Source: Amoebidium appalachense (lineage: Eukaryota; Protista; Ichthyosporea). Taken from it: a stretch of DNA of 64,000 bases. Of the stretch, positions 51,801 to 63,942 are shown in pieces. Position numbers and translations under genes: made by a program. The notes under the pieces are model-generated. The model had not been told where the DNA came from. It searched no databases and saw only the letters and a list, made by a program, of their open reading frames with translations. Numbering within the stretch: the stretch's first letter is position 1; each line of letters opens with the position of its first letter. Location: assembly GCA_963693365.1 (NCBI GenBank), contig CAVNZM010000001.1:12736161-12800160 (forward strand). The letters are read 5' to 3'.

Positions 51801-54800
51801 GGAGCTGCTCTCAAGCATGCTGCCTACATCATCAACGTGACCCCGGCCAGAGCTGCCAATGGCCGTACCCCGTTTGAAATTTTCTACGGTGTCAAGCCTG
51901 ACATCTCCCACCTGCACGTGTTCGGCTGCCCAGCCTCATTCTATGTACACGTCCCTGCATCCAAACGAGACAAGTTGGCCTCTACCGTCACACTCGGCAC
52001 CTACGTGGGCTGGGATATCACCAACAAAGCCCACAAGATCATGAATCTACGTGGCAACACGGTCAACCTCTACCGCGATGTCGTCTTCGACGAATCACAA
52101 TTCACCACGGCATCCAATCAGATTTCTGTGCAGGCCACCAATCAGACGACCTCAATCGATCCATCCCTGCATTCCGGAAATTCCAATTCCGATGACGATG
52201 AAATTCCGTCGGTGATTATCCGTCGTTCCCCCCGTCGTGTACCTGCCCCCGTGGCTCCACCCACCCCCCCCCCCCCACCGGCCAGCAACCCCTGCTGCCG
52301 GCCCCTGCCGTCAATGACCACGTACCTGGTCATCTCACCCCGGTTCGTCCTGGGTCTCCGGAGTTCCACTCGGCCCCGTCCAGCCCCGTGTTATCCGACT
52401 CCCCCCTCAACACGGCACCAATCCCTGGCTTCCAGGCCCCCATCCCCGACCACCGAGTGTCTGTCCCAGACACCCCCCCGGCCCCTGAGCCCCTCCGTAC
52501 CGTCCCCCGTCGTTCCTCCCGTCTCTCCTCCCGGCCTGCCATGGCTATGGTGAGCATCTCCCGACCCAGCCTTGATGTGTCTCAGCTGCCCCGGTCAATT
52601 CAGAAGCTGTGCTCCGGCACCAAGGGTGATGAAGTGGTGACTGCCCTCACTGCCGAGTACAAGGCTTTCATCGACAAGGACATCTTCGACGTAGTTGAGC
52701 CCCCCTCCGATGCCAACATCATCCGATTCAAGTGGATTGTCACGGAGAAGGTCCTCAACTCTGCTGGTGACACCAAGATCAAGGGTCGTGGTGTGGCCAA
52801 GGGTTTCACCCAAGTCTACGGTGTTGACTATGGTGAAAACTCTTCCCCCGACGTCGTCATGTCCTCCTCCGTCCGTGCCCTGCTTGCCCTCGGTGTGCAA
52901 CAGGACCACGAGATCCATCAACTCGACATCAGCACGGCCTTCCTCAACAGCCCCCTCGACGAGACTTTGTACATGGAGCAACCTCCTGGTTTTATCCTCC
53001 CTGGCAATGAACACAAAGTCTGGAAACTCAAGAAGGCCATCTACGGACTCAAGCAGGCATCCCTGGCATGGTACGAGTTCTTCAACTCCATTCTCATTGC
53101 CCACGGCCTCACCCGTCTCCGTTCCGATCCGTGTGTCTACTTCCGTCAGTTCCCCAACGGGCACATCATCCGTTCGGGCAACTACGTTGATGATGCCATC
53201 ATCACCTGCACACGGCACTCCACCATCATGCAGGGGCTTGTTCGTCACATCACGAAGTCTGCCGAGTGCAAGGTCGGTCTGCCAGACATCTTCCTCGGCA
53301 CCCAACTGCTGTACACCCGTGACTCCCTCAAGCTGCTGCAGTCCTCCTACATCAAGGACATCATCACCGACTTCAACCTAGTCGATGCCAAGCCTAAGGC
53401 CACCCCTATTCCCGTGGGCACCATCATCAACGAGACCTCCCTCTCATCCCTGCCCACCACCGTCCCCTACCGTGAACTCCTCGGCCGTCTGCTGTGGGTT
53501 GCTCGATGCTCCCGGCCTGACATCTCGTATGCCATTGGCTACCTCGGCCGATTCAGCTCCAAGCCCACCAAGACTGCCTGGGAGCTTCTCCTCCGTGTCG
53601 TTCGTTACCTGCTCGGCACCATCAACCTCGGCCTCTACTACAAGAAGAAGGCCCCCAACAGCAAGGTGCCCATCCTTGAGTGCTACTTGGATTCTGACTT
53701 TGCTGGTTGCCCCACCACCCGTCGTTCCACGTCTGGGTACGTCATCCTCCTCGAAGGCACCCCCGTCACCTACCACTCCAAGCTGCAGACGATCACTGCA
53801 ACTTCCACCTGTGAGGCCGAGCTCCTGGCCCTCAATGCTGCCGTGCAAGATGTTGTCTGGCACCGTGATCTACTAAAGGAGCTGGGCTACCCCATGACCG
53901 AGCCCACCCCCGTGTACTGTGACAATCAGTCCACCATTGCTCTGGTCCACTCCAACACCATCAAGCACCGGACCAAGCACATTGCCGTTCGTTACTTCAA
54001 CACCAAGGACTACATCAACAGTGGGGACGTCACTGTCACCTACATCGACACCAAGAAGAACCTGGCCGACATCTTCACCAAGCCTCTGGCTGGTCCGGCC
54101 CACGACACACACCGTGCCAACCTCAGTCTCCGTGACTGACCCGTGCACTGGTGTTCATCATCGAGTGGTTTCTGAGTAGGTTGGGGCCCTGGACAGCAGT
54201 TGACACACCTACGGTGATCAAGATGCCTCCCAACGAAAGTCTACTACTCCTCATCGTTTCTCTTCATCAGTGGGGACTCTGTCTTACATCGTCATGTGTG
54301 TGCATCTTCAGTGGGGATTATTCTCCACCATCCGTCGTTTATTTATATTCATATCCCACCATATATTGGTTTTCTTCTATATTCGACTTTATATATATGT
54401 CGAACTGGGATGGCGTCCCAGTATAAATAATTATCTATAGCCATGGCGTGCTGGTTGACTGCCAGTCTAAACCTAGTCCACGGGATGCACCTTCCCCGTG
54501 TCTTAACTGGTTGACTACCAGTCTATAAATCAGTCCACAAGATGTTCATGCCTTGTGTTTACCTGGGTGGTCCCCAGTATAAAACATTAGCCACCAACAC
54601 GTCACACATACACTAGTGTTTCCTCTATATATATATATCGACAATAATGAACCACCATGATTTATTGTTCCGAGTCTTCAGAGGCAACCGTCGTTGTGTG
54701 CCTCTTCAGTTTTGATTCTCTCCTTCCCACCTCAAGGATCTTCGGTTTGCATCCTCGAGTGGGGAAACTTGAGTGTGACGGCCCCTCCTGTGTTTGGACC

Positions 54801-55042
54801 TCATCTACCGTCACATCAACAGACACGAGAACACAAACTTCAACCCCTTGAGTGGGGATGTTGGAATACGTCACCATGTATGACAGCAAGAGCCTTGAAG
54901 TATGTATGTGTCCTAGCTTGTTTGTATTCGTGTCTGCTTTCCTTCTTTGTGCTCTCTCTCTCTCTCTCTCTCTCTTTCTCCCTCCCCCCTCTCTCTCTCT
55001 CTCTCTTTCTCCCTCTCTCTCTCTCTCTCTCTCTCTCCGTCT

Positions 55043-55079
<37 letters not shown>

Positions 55080-55826
55080 CCCCCCCCCCCCCCCCCCGTA
55101 TCTCTCTCTCCCTTGTTTCTGTGGGCACAGATATCTGTAGATCTGTGCACACCTGGCTCTCTTGCCTGATAAGAACTTATTGTATTTTATTTCTGTTTGC
55201 TCTCCTCTGTTTATCTGAGAGGTAGCGTGATTGGCTAGCCTCACTCGTTGTCTTTCCTTTATTTCAAAATGGCTTAGTTTTGTTCTCAAAAGGATGGCTC
55301 GCCAATAGTCGCGAGCGAGTACATCTGTAGATTGTGTTGTGCATTCCTGTCTATTAATATATGTGTGTTGTGATTGGACAATAGATATATATGGAATTCG
55401 GTTTATTGCAAAGTGTCTTCACTTTGAGAGTGTCGACTATTAGGAAATATATGTATTTAAATAAGTTTCTTTATAGAGACGAACATAAATATATATGTGA
55501 GTTAATAGTGACTAGATGTATAATTACTTAATTTATTTAAGTAAGAGTTTCTAAACTTTAGTTTAATCGGAAGTTGGAATGCGTATGCTCTGTCGGAATG
55601 TGTTTTTCTATCTTCTGATAGAACCGATTGGTTCTCCCTCTTTAGTTGTGATAAGGTGATAAGTCGCAAGTACAAAAGGAACCGAGAGCACAATAAAGAT
55701 TCAGTTGTTGTTTGAAATCTTTCAATGTCTCGTGAACAACTCCGATTGCCCTCTCATTAATGTGTTAGTCGTGTTTTACATGACACCTCTGTGCACTCTG
55801 CTCCCTTAGACCCGTACAAAACAACA
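48611..55826 (+). mobile_element. Ty1/copia family 2, full length, TSD GGCTC
   Basis: LTRs at 48611-49587 and 54859-55826 (TGTTG...CAACA). PBS GGTTAAAGGCCCAG at 49588. PPT GAGTGGGGA. GGCTC at 48606-48610 and 55827-55831. Confidence 0.98.
49707..54139 (+). pseudogene. Copia family 2 gag-pol with an in-frame TGA (50625-50627) and frameshift(s) in the C-rich IN-RT linker (~52260-52390)
   Basis: ORFs 49698-50627 and 50751-52553 share a frame; 52388-54139 follows. Motifs WDSAS, WHHRLGH, WHMDF/RSDSGSEF/VERK, YVDD, LDSDFAG, NLADIFTKPL. Confidence 0.95.
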
Positions 55827-56999
55827 GGCTCAGACTCAGAACCATCACCCTCACGAACGTCATCCCCATCCCCCACACGATCAGACACACCAGGAGAGCG
55901 CACAGGTGACTGGGGTTCGTAATCTGAGTCACTACCCTCGTCACTCTCAGACCCCGAGCTCTCGCTAGACCCATTCTGCTCCCACTCAGAATCATCAGAT
56001 TCAGGCTCAACATGGAAAGCAGCAACATTAATAGGCCTAGTGCCCCGAAGAGTCCTGCGCCCACGCAACTGAGTAGCACTGCATAACACAACGGCCAGGT
56101 GTGTGCATGCCACGTGTCTCTGTATCGTCACAGCTTCCAGCCCAGACATGGGTGGAGCCATAATAAACACACGGTAATAATCAGCACACTCACCAGAATC
56201 ATAAGGGGAACTCTCCCGACCACCCTCACGCGTGGCCGAACGCCGGCCAGGCTCACGGCTGCGACTGCGGGAACGGCGCCCGCCTCTCTCAGCCCCAGTG
56301 CCAGCCATCTCAGCTGCACGTTCTTGCCACCACAGTGGCGCACACCAACGTGTCAAAAGGGTTCCCTACTGGTCGTGCCCACGGCCCCAACACCGTGACA
56401 GCAGCCTACTCCTCACAGTGGTCACTGTCACACAGTACCACCGGTTGCACTTGCAAAGCACAGTGCAAGCAGCTCCAGCCACGCTGGCAGCCACCCACGT
56501 TCACGGTGAAAGTCGGAACGTCGCAGTAGCACGCCCGATACCAAGTTGATGGCGCAAACATCCAAATGTGGCCAACAAATTTTAGGTATCCAATCACAGG
56601 AAAAAAGCGTGAATCGCAACCAATCACAAAGTTGTAACTAGGAGAAATTTCTTTGTCGTTCCGACTCGTTCGGATCTTGGCAACCGGGAGCGAGAGGTCC
56701 AAAGTTTCAAAGTTTCAAAGTATGTTACTGACATGCATGGTGCTCGAAGGTGAAAGCTGTAAAGGCTACCGTAGGCTACTCCTCACACTAACCAAATTAC
56801 TAACATTTTTGACTCCTAAGGGAGCAGGTCTCTGAATCCTTCGAGGACGAAGGATCTTGAGGGGGGAGTGATGTGGTGTGACTGAAGCACACGCCGTTGA
56901 GAATCCCTACCACACTATGAACCAATGATATGGATGTAATGATTACCATATATGGATAGCCTAGCTGAGCCCTGATCCCAGAGTACATGTATGACCGTC

Positions 57000-57948
57000 T
57001 GTAAATTTATATAAGTATTTGGGACTGGGAAGTAAAGCAGAGACATGCTGGTGCAGTGTAAAAACACCACAGACACACAACAACAAAACACGCGGGACGA
57101 TCGAAGCAGTGTACACAACAGACATCAATGTTTAGACACGACTAAACTAAATTTATTTCGATCTTGTTTATATATTCGAAATTCCCTTAAGTCAAACCTA
57201 TCCGTGATTTCCGACCAGTCGGAAATCAGATCTGTCAATAAAAGAAACCAATCACTAAGTACTAATTGCTTTCAGAGAGATCTGGTACGCGGATATGTAC
57301 AGGATAGGGCACAAACACTAGCGAAGATCAACTTGTGTCATTATCGAGGCCCTGGGAGCGAGGGAAAGTTCTAACCTATGACACACTGCAAAGACTCAGA
57401 CATACCACACTTAACCTTGATGATTGGTTAAAGCACGACAACACATGAAAACTAAAGTAAATTAATGAAGTCTGATCACACATGTCAACCCAAGTGTAGC
57501 CTAAGTGTGTTACCGTCCAATCAACACATATTAAGTAACACAAATCTGCCTAACATATATTGGTAGAAAAGAAATACGATTATACACATGAAAACAAGGA
57601 GAGAGAGAAAAGAAAATAAAGAAGGAGAAAGAGAAAGGAGAAGAGAGCACAGATCAACAAACGAGATAGCAATAGCATAACTATAACTAAAGATATTTAT
57701 GTACACACGAACATATACACGTCTCTCCCTGAGTGGGTGGATCCGTGTACACACATTAATATTCTAATCGATATTGCAACACACGATTAAAGCCGATACA
57801 ACACGATTACAAGTATACAAGCATATCGGAGATCGATGCTACACTTTACATAATAGGAGTGTGACATTTATACTAAGCATATGAACTGAAACATAACACA
57901 AACTGAAAAGATCTTACCTAACTAAAGTAGATACTACGTACTACAACA
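57000..57948 (-). mobile_element. Solo LTR of copia family 1, TSD CCGTC
   Basis: Full LTR homology with no internal sequence. CCGTC at 56995-56999 and 57949-57953. Confidence 0.96.
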
Positions 57949-58429
57949 CCGTCACTCCTGAGCGGGTCTCAGTTGTCAGCTGAGATCAGTTGGACACAGG
58001 CACACATAAGGTCTTGCATTAACGATGGGTCACAGGTTGAGACATTCCCGAGACTCTATAAAGAACATATAGCACACAGACCACCACAGAGAACCCGAGA
58101 ACCACATACACCCATATAACATAACATGTTTGAAGTGGTTCATATAACGGAGTTTTAGACAGGAGTTATAGATTGATAGGGTGCACGTGAAAGGCAACAC
58201 AACATGTACACCATGGTTAATCTAAGGGAAGGCTTTCGCTGACTTTAATTTATTAGTTTTTTATTGGTGTTCCATCCATAGGCAGACTCTTAAAATTCCT
58301 CGTCCATATATGGAGCACCAGGCACGTATGCTATTGGCTACTATTATACGGCTTACCGTTATACCTTGGTGCCCCTCCCCCCCCCCCCTCGTCCGCCACA
58401 CCCACCCACTCACTCATTGACTCACTCAC

Positions 58430-58742
58430 GTGTGCGCGCACACACACGTCATGTGCAAGCACACCCATAAACACGGGCATGCGCACAAGCACATATGCGG
58501 GTGCACGCGTGCGCGCGCACGCATGCACGCCCTCACGCACACACGTGCACACACGCACGCATGCACACACACAAACATGCACACAGTGTAATGCACTCCG
58601 TGACGCGCACGTACGTGTGCACACACACACAGACATACACATGCGCGCACACATGTGCACTCGCACACAAAAACACACACACGTACACACGCACACACGC
58701 AGGCGCACGCACGCACGCACCGGGTGCACACACACACACGCC

Positions 58743-58792
<50 letters not shown>

Positions 58793-58804
58793 TACACACA
58801 AACA

Positions 58805-58866
<62 letters not shown>
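58430..58866. repeat. Degenerate (CA)/(CG)-rich purine-pyrimidine microsatellite
   Basis: Directly visible. Confidence 0.9.
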
Positions 58867-58868
<2 letters not shown>

Positions 58869-60102
58869 ATGTGTCACGGTGTGTGACTCGTCTGGATGGG
58901 AAGGTTGACGAAGCCTATGTGTGGTTTAGGTTGATTGGACGGCAAAATCAGGCGCCCCCCAGGGGGGGGGGGGGGGGAGGGGGGATGATACACGAACTAC
59001 ATAGAGTCCACATAATAATGCTCACAGAGACTAGACACGATGAAATAGCAGCTATGGTTGTCCGGGATTTTTCAGGACCTTTCTCACTGAGCTAGGTTCC
59101 AACCTCCTTGCAGGGGCTACTTATTGGATGAATTGAAGCCTCTGAACTTGAAGTTACACTGTCAGGGTGGCCCCACATCGAATCGAAACACAAGTAATTT
59201 CGTTGTTGCACATGCAACGTTCGATAATTCCATCCAAAATCGCGAGGCACTCTGAACACCGGTACCAGCACACACATATCTCAGTTTTTATTTCGTTGAT
59301 ACATTTAATTAAGTATGCTTAACGTTTTGGCCTGTTTGTATCAGAGATAGCGAGGGTGACTTGCAATTGAGCTGGACAACACAGCTGGCCAGGGTTAGCG
59401 AATCTAACCAATGGGTAAAAACAAGTAAACCCCATTTTTTGCGATACTGTTGCAGGTCATGTCCAGTACCACTCCCGCATATGCATGGCCATGGTTGGGC
59501 ACAATAGGAATAGCTCACAGAAGCTCCCAGCATCCACATAACTACAACATTTGGTTATGAGCCCCATTCCATCTGGCATGGCCAATCGATCGTACTGTAT
59601 ACACCACCCAAATTTCTGTGATAATAAATGGCCATGGGTACGGTACTGTATACTGTGATGTACATGTGTTTTTGTGTAACGCCGTGGTGCTTCGGTGCCA
59701 TTGATACCCATGCAAATATTGCGAGGCTAGCCGCTAACTCATAATTACGTTCAGCATTGGTGTTGTATGGGGTATTGCTTTGTGGATCGTGGTGCATGTC
59801 TCTGTCCGTTCTTCATAAGCTCTACCGGTCTAGACAATAGGGGGTGGCCGGAACCGGTTTGTTCTAGAAATAATGCCACGAGAGATCTAGAAGTTCCCGA
59901 TCGACCGCATATCCCTACTTTTTTTCAGTTGTTTTGTAAAAACTATGTTGGCGGTCTTTCTGGTGTGTTGGTTTCCATCTGAAAACATGTGTTCGAGTTT
60001 TCAAATGTGAGATTTGAATAATTCAGAAAAAAATGCCCGTCGAGTTGGCTGCGAAGAAGCCTTGTGCTCTGTGGTTGTCCTGCAAAAAAACTTAAAAAAA
60101 AT

Positions 60103-60184
60103 TTATCTCCACATATGATGTATATCTGGTACGTTATATCTCCACATATGATGTATATCTGGTACGTTATATCTCCACATATGA
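60103..60184. repeat. 33-bp tandem repeat (TTATATCTCCACATATGATGTATATCTGGTACG), ~2.5 copies
   Basis: Directly visible. Confidence 0.9.
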
Positions 60185-60531
60185 ATTGTATGATGTAAGG
60201 TGTAACGTTGATTTTTACATGTATATCTTGTTGGGTGCTACGGTACTGTTGGCCTTGGCCCAGGTGCCGACAACTCATCACAGCTCACCTAGATACATGT
60301 CGTTAATAAACAGCACACCCCCCCCCTGCAATAACAGCATACCGGCGGTGGTAAAATTCTAGCCAGCGGAAGAGCCCATCGACAAGGGTTTATCCAAAGA
60401 TTATCCTGGGTGGTGGGTGGGGCTTCTGAGAGGCCGGTGGGGAACTGAAGGGGTGTTGCACCAATAGAGGCATTGCATTTTGCATAGACTCATGGTCCGT
60501 GGGTTGGTGGTGCAAGGGCATGAGGGGGGAA

Positions 60532-60563
<32 letters not shown>

Positions 60564-60815
60564 GTAGGCAAGGCTTACCGCAAGGGCATGCATGGGCACA
60601 CACATGTAGGCCAGTGATTTGCACTTTATGTACACCTGCGCCAGGCTGGGCCCAGCCGGGGCTGCTATACTACAATGGCACCGTGCGTGTGCATGCATCG
60701 GGCATGCGGCGGTGCCTGCCACATGCATTTGGCGTGTGTGTGCCCATTCCTGTATGTATGTGTGCGCTATTTCGATGTGGGCCGGCATGGGGCCCTAATT
60801 AGTCTACGTACACGG

Positions 60816-62882
60816 CTAGTTGTGGATCACCACGGCCTTTTCTGTGGCTGCGGTTCTGCCCGGGGTGCGTGGTGGGGGGTGGTCCAGGCCCAGCCATGCG
60901 GCGCTGTCTGGGGCCATGACGGAGTACAGCACCTCCCTCTCGTCCTCCACATAGTGTGCCCGGCCCCCAAGTATCACGGCCACCCGCCACTTGGCCAGGT
61001 CTGCTGGCTTCACCCCGGCCTCTGCTGCCAGGCGCTTCTTGGTGTCAGCCAGGGGCTCCCCCCTGCGCACGACAAAGTAGAAGGGGCTGCTGTGGGTCAG
61101 GCCGGGGGTCTTTGCAAAGTGCTTGACCTGCACCCTGCGGCCCTCCCCCGGCACTGGCTGGCCGTCCTGCTGGTCCGGTGGCACGGGCTCAGCGCGCAGG
61201 CTGAAGCCGTAGTGGGTGTCCAGGCTGTCGATGGGGGCCGTGGGCTGGGCCTCGGCCTTGATGCTGCCCCCGCTGATCTCCAGCAGCCGCAGGGGCCCGC
61301 TAACCCCCACCTGGGTGCGCACCTGGGCCAGCAGGTCGGCCACCGTGGCCGTGGCCGGCAGCAGCACGGTCAGGGTGCTGCTGTCGCTGCCGCTGCGCCA
61401 GGCCAGGCTCAGGCTGCGCATGGCCTCGACCTGGGCCAGGGGCACCCCCAGCAGCTCGTAGTACAGCATGCCCCGTGCAGCCTGCGCTGCATTTGCACTG
61501 GGCACCGTGGTGCGCAGCATCGTGCCCAGACTCTCCCCGTCCGATCCACTGCGCCGCACGGCCTGGGCCGGGCCGTTTGTCTGGGTGTCGTGCGGGTAGA
61601 AGCGCAGGTACTCGGGGTCGGCCCCCAGCCGCTCGGCCACCCGGGAAGCCACGGTGGCATAGTCCAGGCGGCAGCTCAGCTGCAGCACAAACTGGCCCCC
61701 TGCCGTGCTGCCGCCAGCCCCTCTTGGGGACCTGCTGGCCGCACTGTGGCTGTCGCTGTCGGGGCTCTGCTCTCCCTCGTGCCCCTGCTCCCCACCCTCC
61801 CCCTCTGCCTCGTGCTCCCCCTCATGGGGCGTGTCTGCTGGCGGGGCCACCCTTGGGGGGTCTGGTTGGGGCTCTGTGGCAAGGGTGTGTGTGTGGTCGT
61901 GGTAGCTCTTGAAGGTCACGTCGACCCTGTCGCTCAGCAGGCGGAAGTAGCCGGGCACGGTGCTTGCGCCACGGTCCCTGTCTCTGTCGGGCACGTGGCG
62001 CTGGAAGCACAGGATGTCCCCGTTGAGCAGCTCACACTCCACAAGGGTGCGCCCCCCCACACATGGGTCCACCATGCCCACCTGCACCACAGGTCAGTGC
62101 CTGCGCCACCACCGAGTGTCTCCACACATGGGGGAGAGGGGGGGAGGGGGGGGAGGGGTGTGGTTGTTGGAGACGGGGGAGCAAGGTGGTGCATGGCTCC
62201 TGCAGGCAGACAATGAGTGGAAAGTGGGAAAGAGCAAGTTGGATTGCTGCAGATCTTACTATGGCAAACAAAACATTGTAACGGTACCATAAAAACATGC
62301 CCCATGCAAGGCCCCGCATATTCGCAGAAGCACACAATCACAGAACGGGTGCCCCCCCCCCCCCCCCCCCCCCCCCCCTCCCCTTTCCCCCTGCCCGCCC
62401 GCCCGACCAGGCAGGCCGACCATAGCACAAGTAAGGCGAAACAACAGCGACAACAGCACAGGGCAAGCACACACGCCACACAAGGCCCATGGCCCACCTT
62501 GATCTCCTCGTACACATCGATGCGCTCATCCGGGGGCAGGCCAGCGCGGGCACACAGTGCGGGGTGCAGGCTGGTCACGGTGTCTCTGCGGTGGGCAAAC
62601 ATGTGGCCCAGGCAGCTGAGCCGCTGCTGGCTGGGCTCGTAGTACTTGATGAACAGCAGCAGCGTGTCAGAGTCCCACGGGGGAAACAACCCGTCAGGCG
62701 ACTCCTGCACCCAATTAATATGGTTTGAGCCCATAGTACCCATGTTGCACGTGTGTGTGCATGAACACACGTGTGCCCGTGCAGATTCTGGCCACCGTGG
62801 CCGTGTGCATGGGCCATGATTGTCTATAATGCCACCAGCCTGTGTATGCCACATCCATGTGCTGGTGGGGTTGGTGCAGCAG

Positions 62883-62916
<34 letters not shown>

Positions 62917-63942
62917 GTTCCCATACAGGCCCTGCCTGTGCGTTTGAGCAGTTGCATGTGTCTGCATGTACATGCAAGGCTGTGTGTGCATGCAAGTGAG
63001 AAGAGAGTAAGGGAGCACGCGCATCAGGCTGTGTGCATACAGGCAGTTGTGGGTGTGTGATGTATGTCTGTGCCCATTCTAGTGTGTCTGTATGTATGTG
63101 CACCACTGGGTATATGTACACGTGCCCATGTGTAGCCAGGTGTGTCTGTACATGTATGTATGTGTATGCATTAGGCGCGTGTACATGCAAACACATGTAG
63201 GCACCTGTGTGATGTGCACACGCACGTGCATTTGTGCATATCTGTGTGTGGTATGCGGATGCATGTGTATTTGTGCGTGGTATGCGGATGCATGTGTATT
63301 TGTGTGTGGTATGTGGATGCATGTGTATTTGTGTGTGGTATGCGGATGCATGTGTATTTGTGTGTGGTATGCGGATGCATGTGTATTTGTGTGTGGTATG
63401 CGGATGCATGTGTATTTGTGTGTGGTATGCGGATGCATGTGTATTTGTGTGTGGTATGCGGATGCATGTGTATTGTGTGTGGCAAGGCCATGCCCGTATG
63501 CGTGTGTGTCCATGCGCAGTGCACAGGCATGCATGTGGGTGTTGTGCACACACAGGCATGCATGTGGGTGTTGTGCACACACAGGCATGTCATGCGTACA
63601 GTGTGTACGTGTGTAGATGCACGTAGCATGTATGCACATGTGTACCTCGAGATACAGGCGCCACACTGCGCCTGCGCCTGATATTTTAGCCAGCTGCAGC
63701 AGGGTTGCGTCCTGCCCTGGCGGCACGGTGACCACGGCCTCGGGCCTGATTGTCTTGTTGAGGCGGTAGACCACACTCCACAGGCGCTGCTGCTGCACCC
63801 CCACCCCCGTGCTGTCTGCTATCAGGCCCTGCAGCTGGCTCCATGCCATGTCCTTGCGCACCCGCAGCGCAAGCACATCGGGCCCGTCCCAGCGGCACAG
63901 GTCGTACTCGTGCCACGCTGCAAAGTCCTTCTGCCGCGCCAC
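60816..63942 (-). CDS. USP7: USP7/UBP12-13-like deubiquitinase, C-terminal UBL domains (3' exons only; the gene continues beyond the window)
   Basis: Exons 63942-63646, 62704-62498 and 62081-60816. Motifs QRLW..RLNKTIRP, LLLFIKYYEP, YEEIK, ELLNGDILCFQ, LYYELL, PFYFVVRRGEPLADTKKRL, WLGLDHP, EKAVVIHN*. Confidence 0.93.
63243..63475. repeat. Intronic 29-bp minisatellite (GTGTGTGGTATGCGGATGCATGTGTATTT), ~8 copies
   Basis: Directly visible. Confidence 0.95.

Larger units (their letters stand above)
47891..56308 (-). pseudogene. RS-rich ORF (~400 aa, gag-like or unknown) interrupted by the family 2 copia
   Basis: Removing 48611-55826 and one TSD joins ...DGSESEP|DLTVPPHARD...MGVDASN in frame with no stop. 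Confidence 0.7.

Noticed and set aside
54256-54270. Hammerhead-like CTGATGA..GAAA on the minus strand (CTGATGA also at ~31170 and ~31272)
   Set aside because: No stem II can form and the flanking stems are missing.
54404-54593. Resemblance of the 3' UTR pseudoknots to preQ1-I riboswitches
   Set aside because: Only the topology and A-rich linker are similar. The loops are too short and lack the ligand-binding consensus, and the context is a eukaryotic TE.
56391-58881. Inverted 10-mer CACCGTGACA / TGTCACGGTG as element termini
   Set aside because: No PPT, PBS or TSD supports it, and it could be chance.
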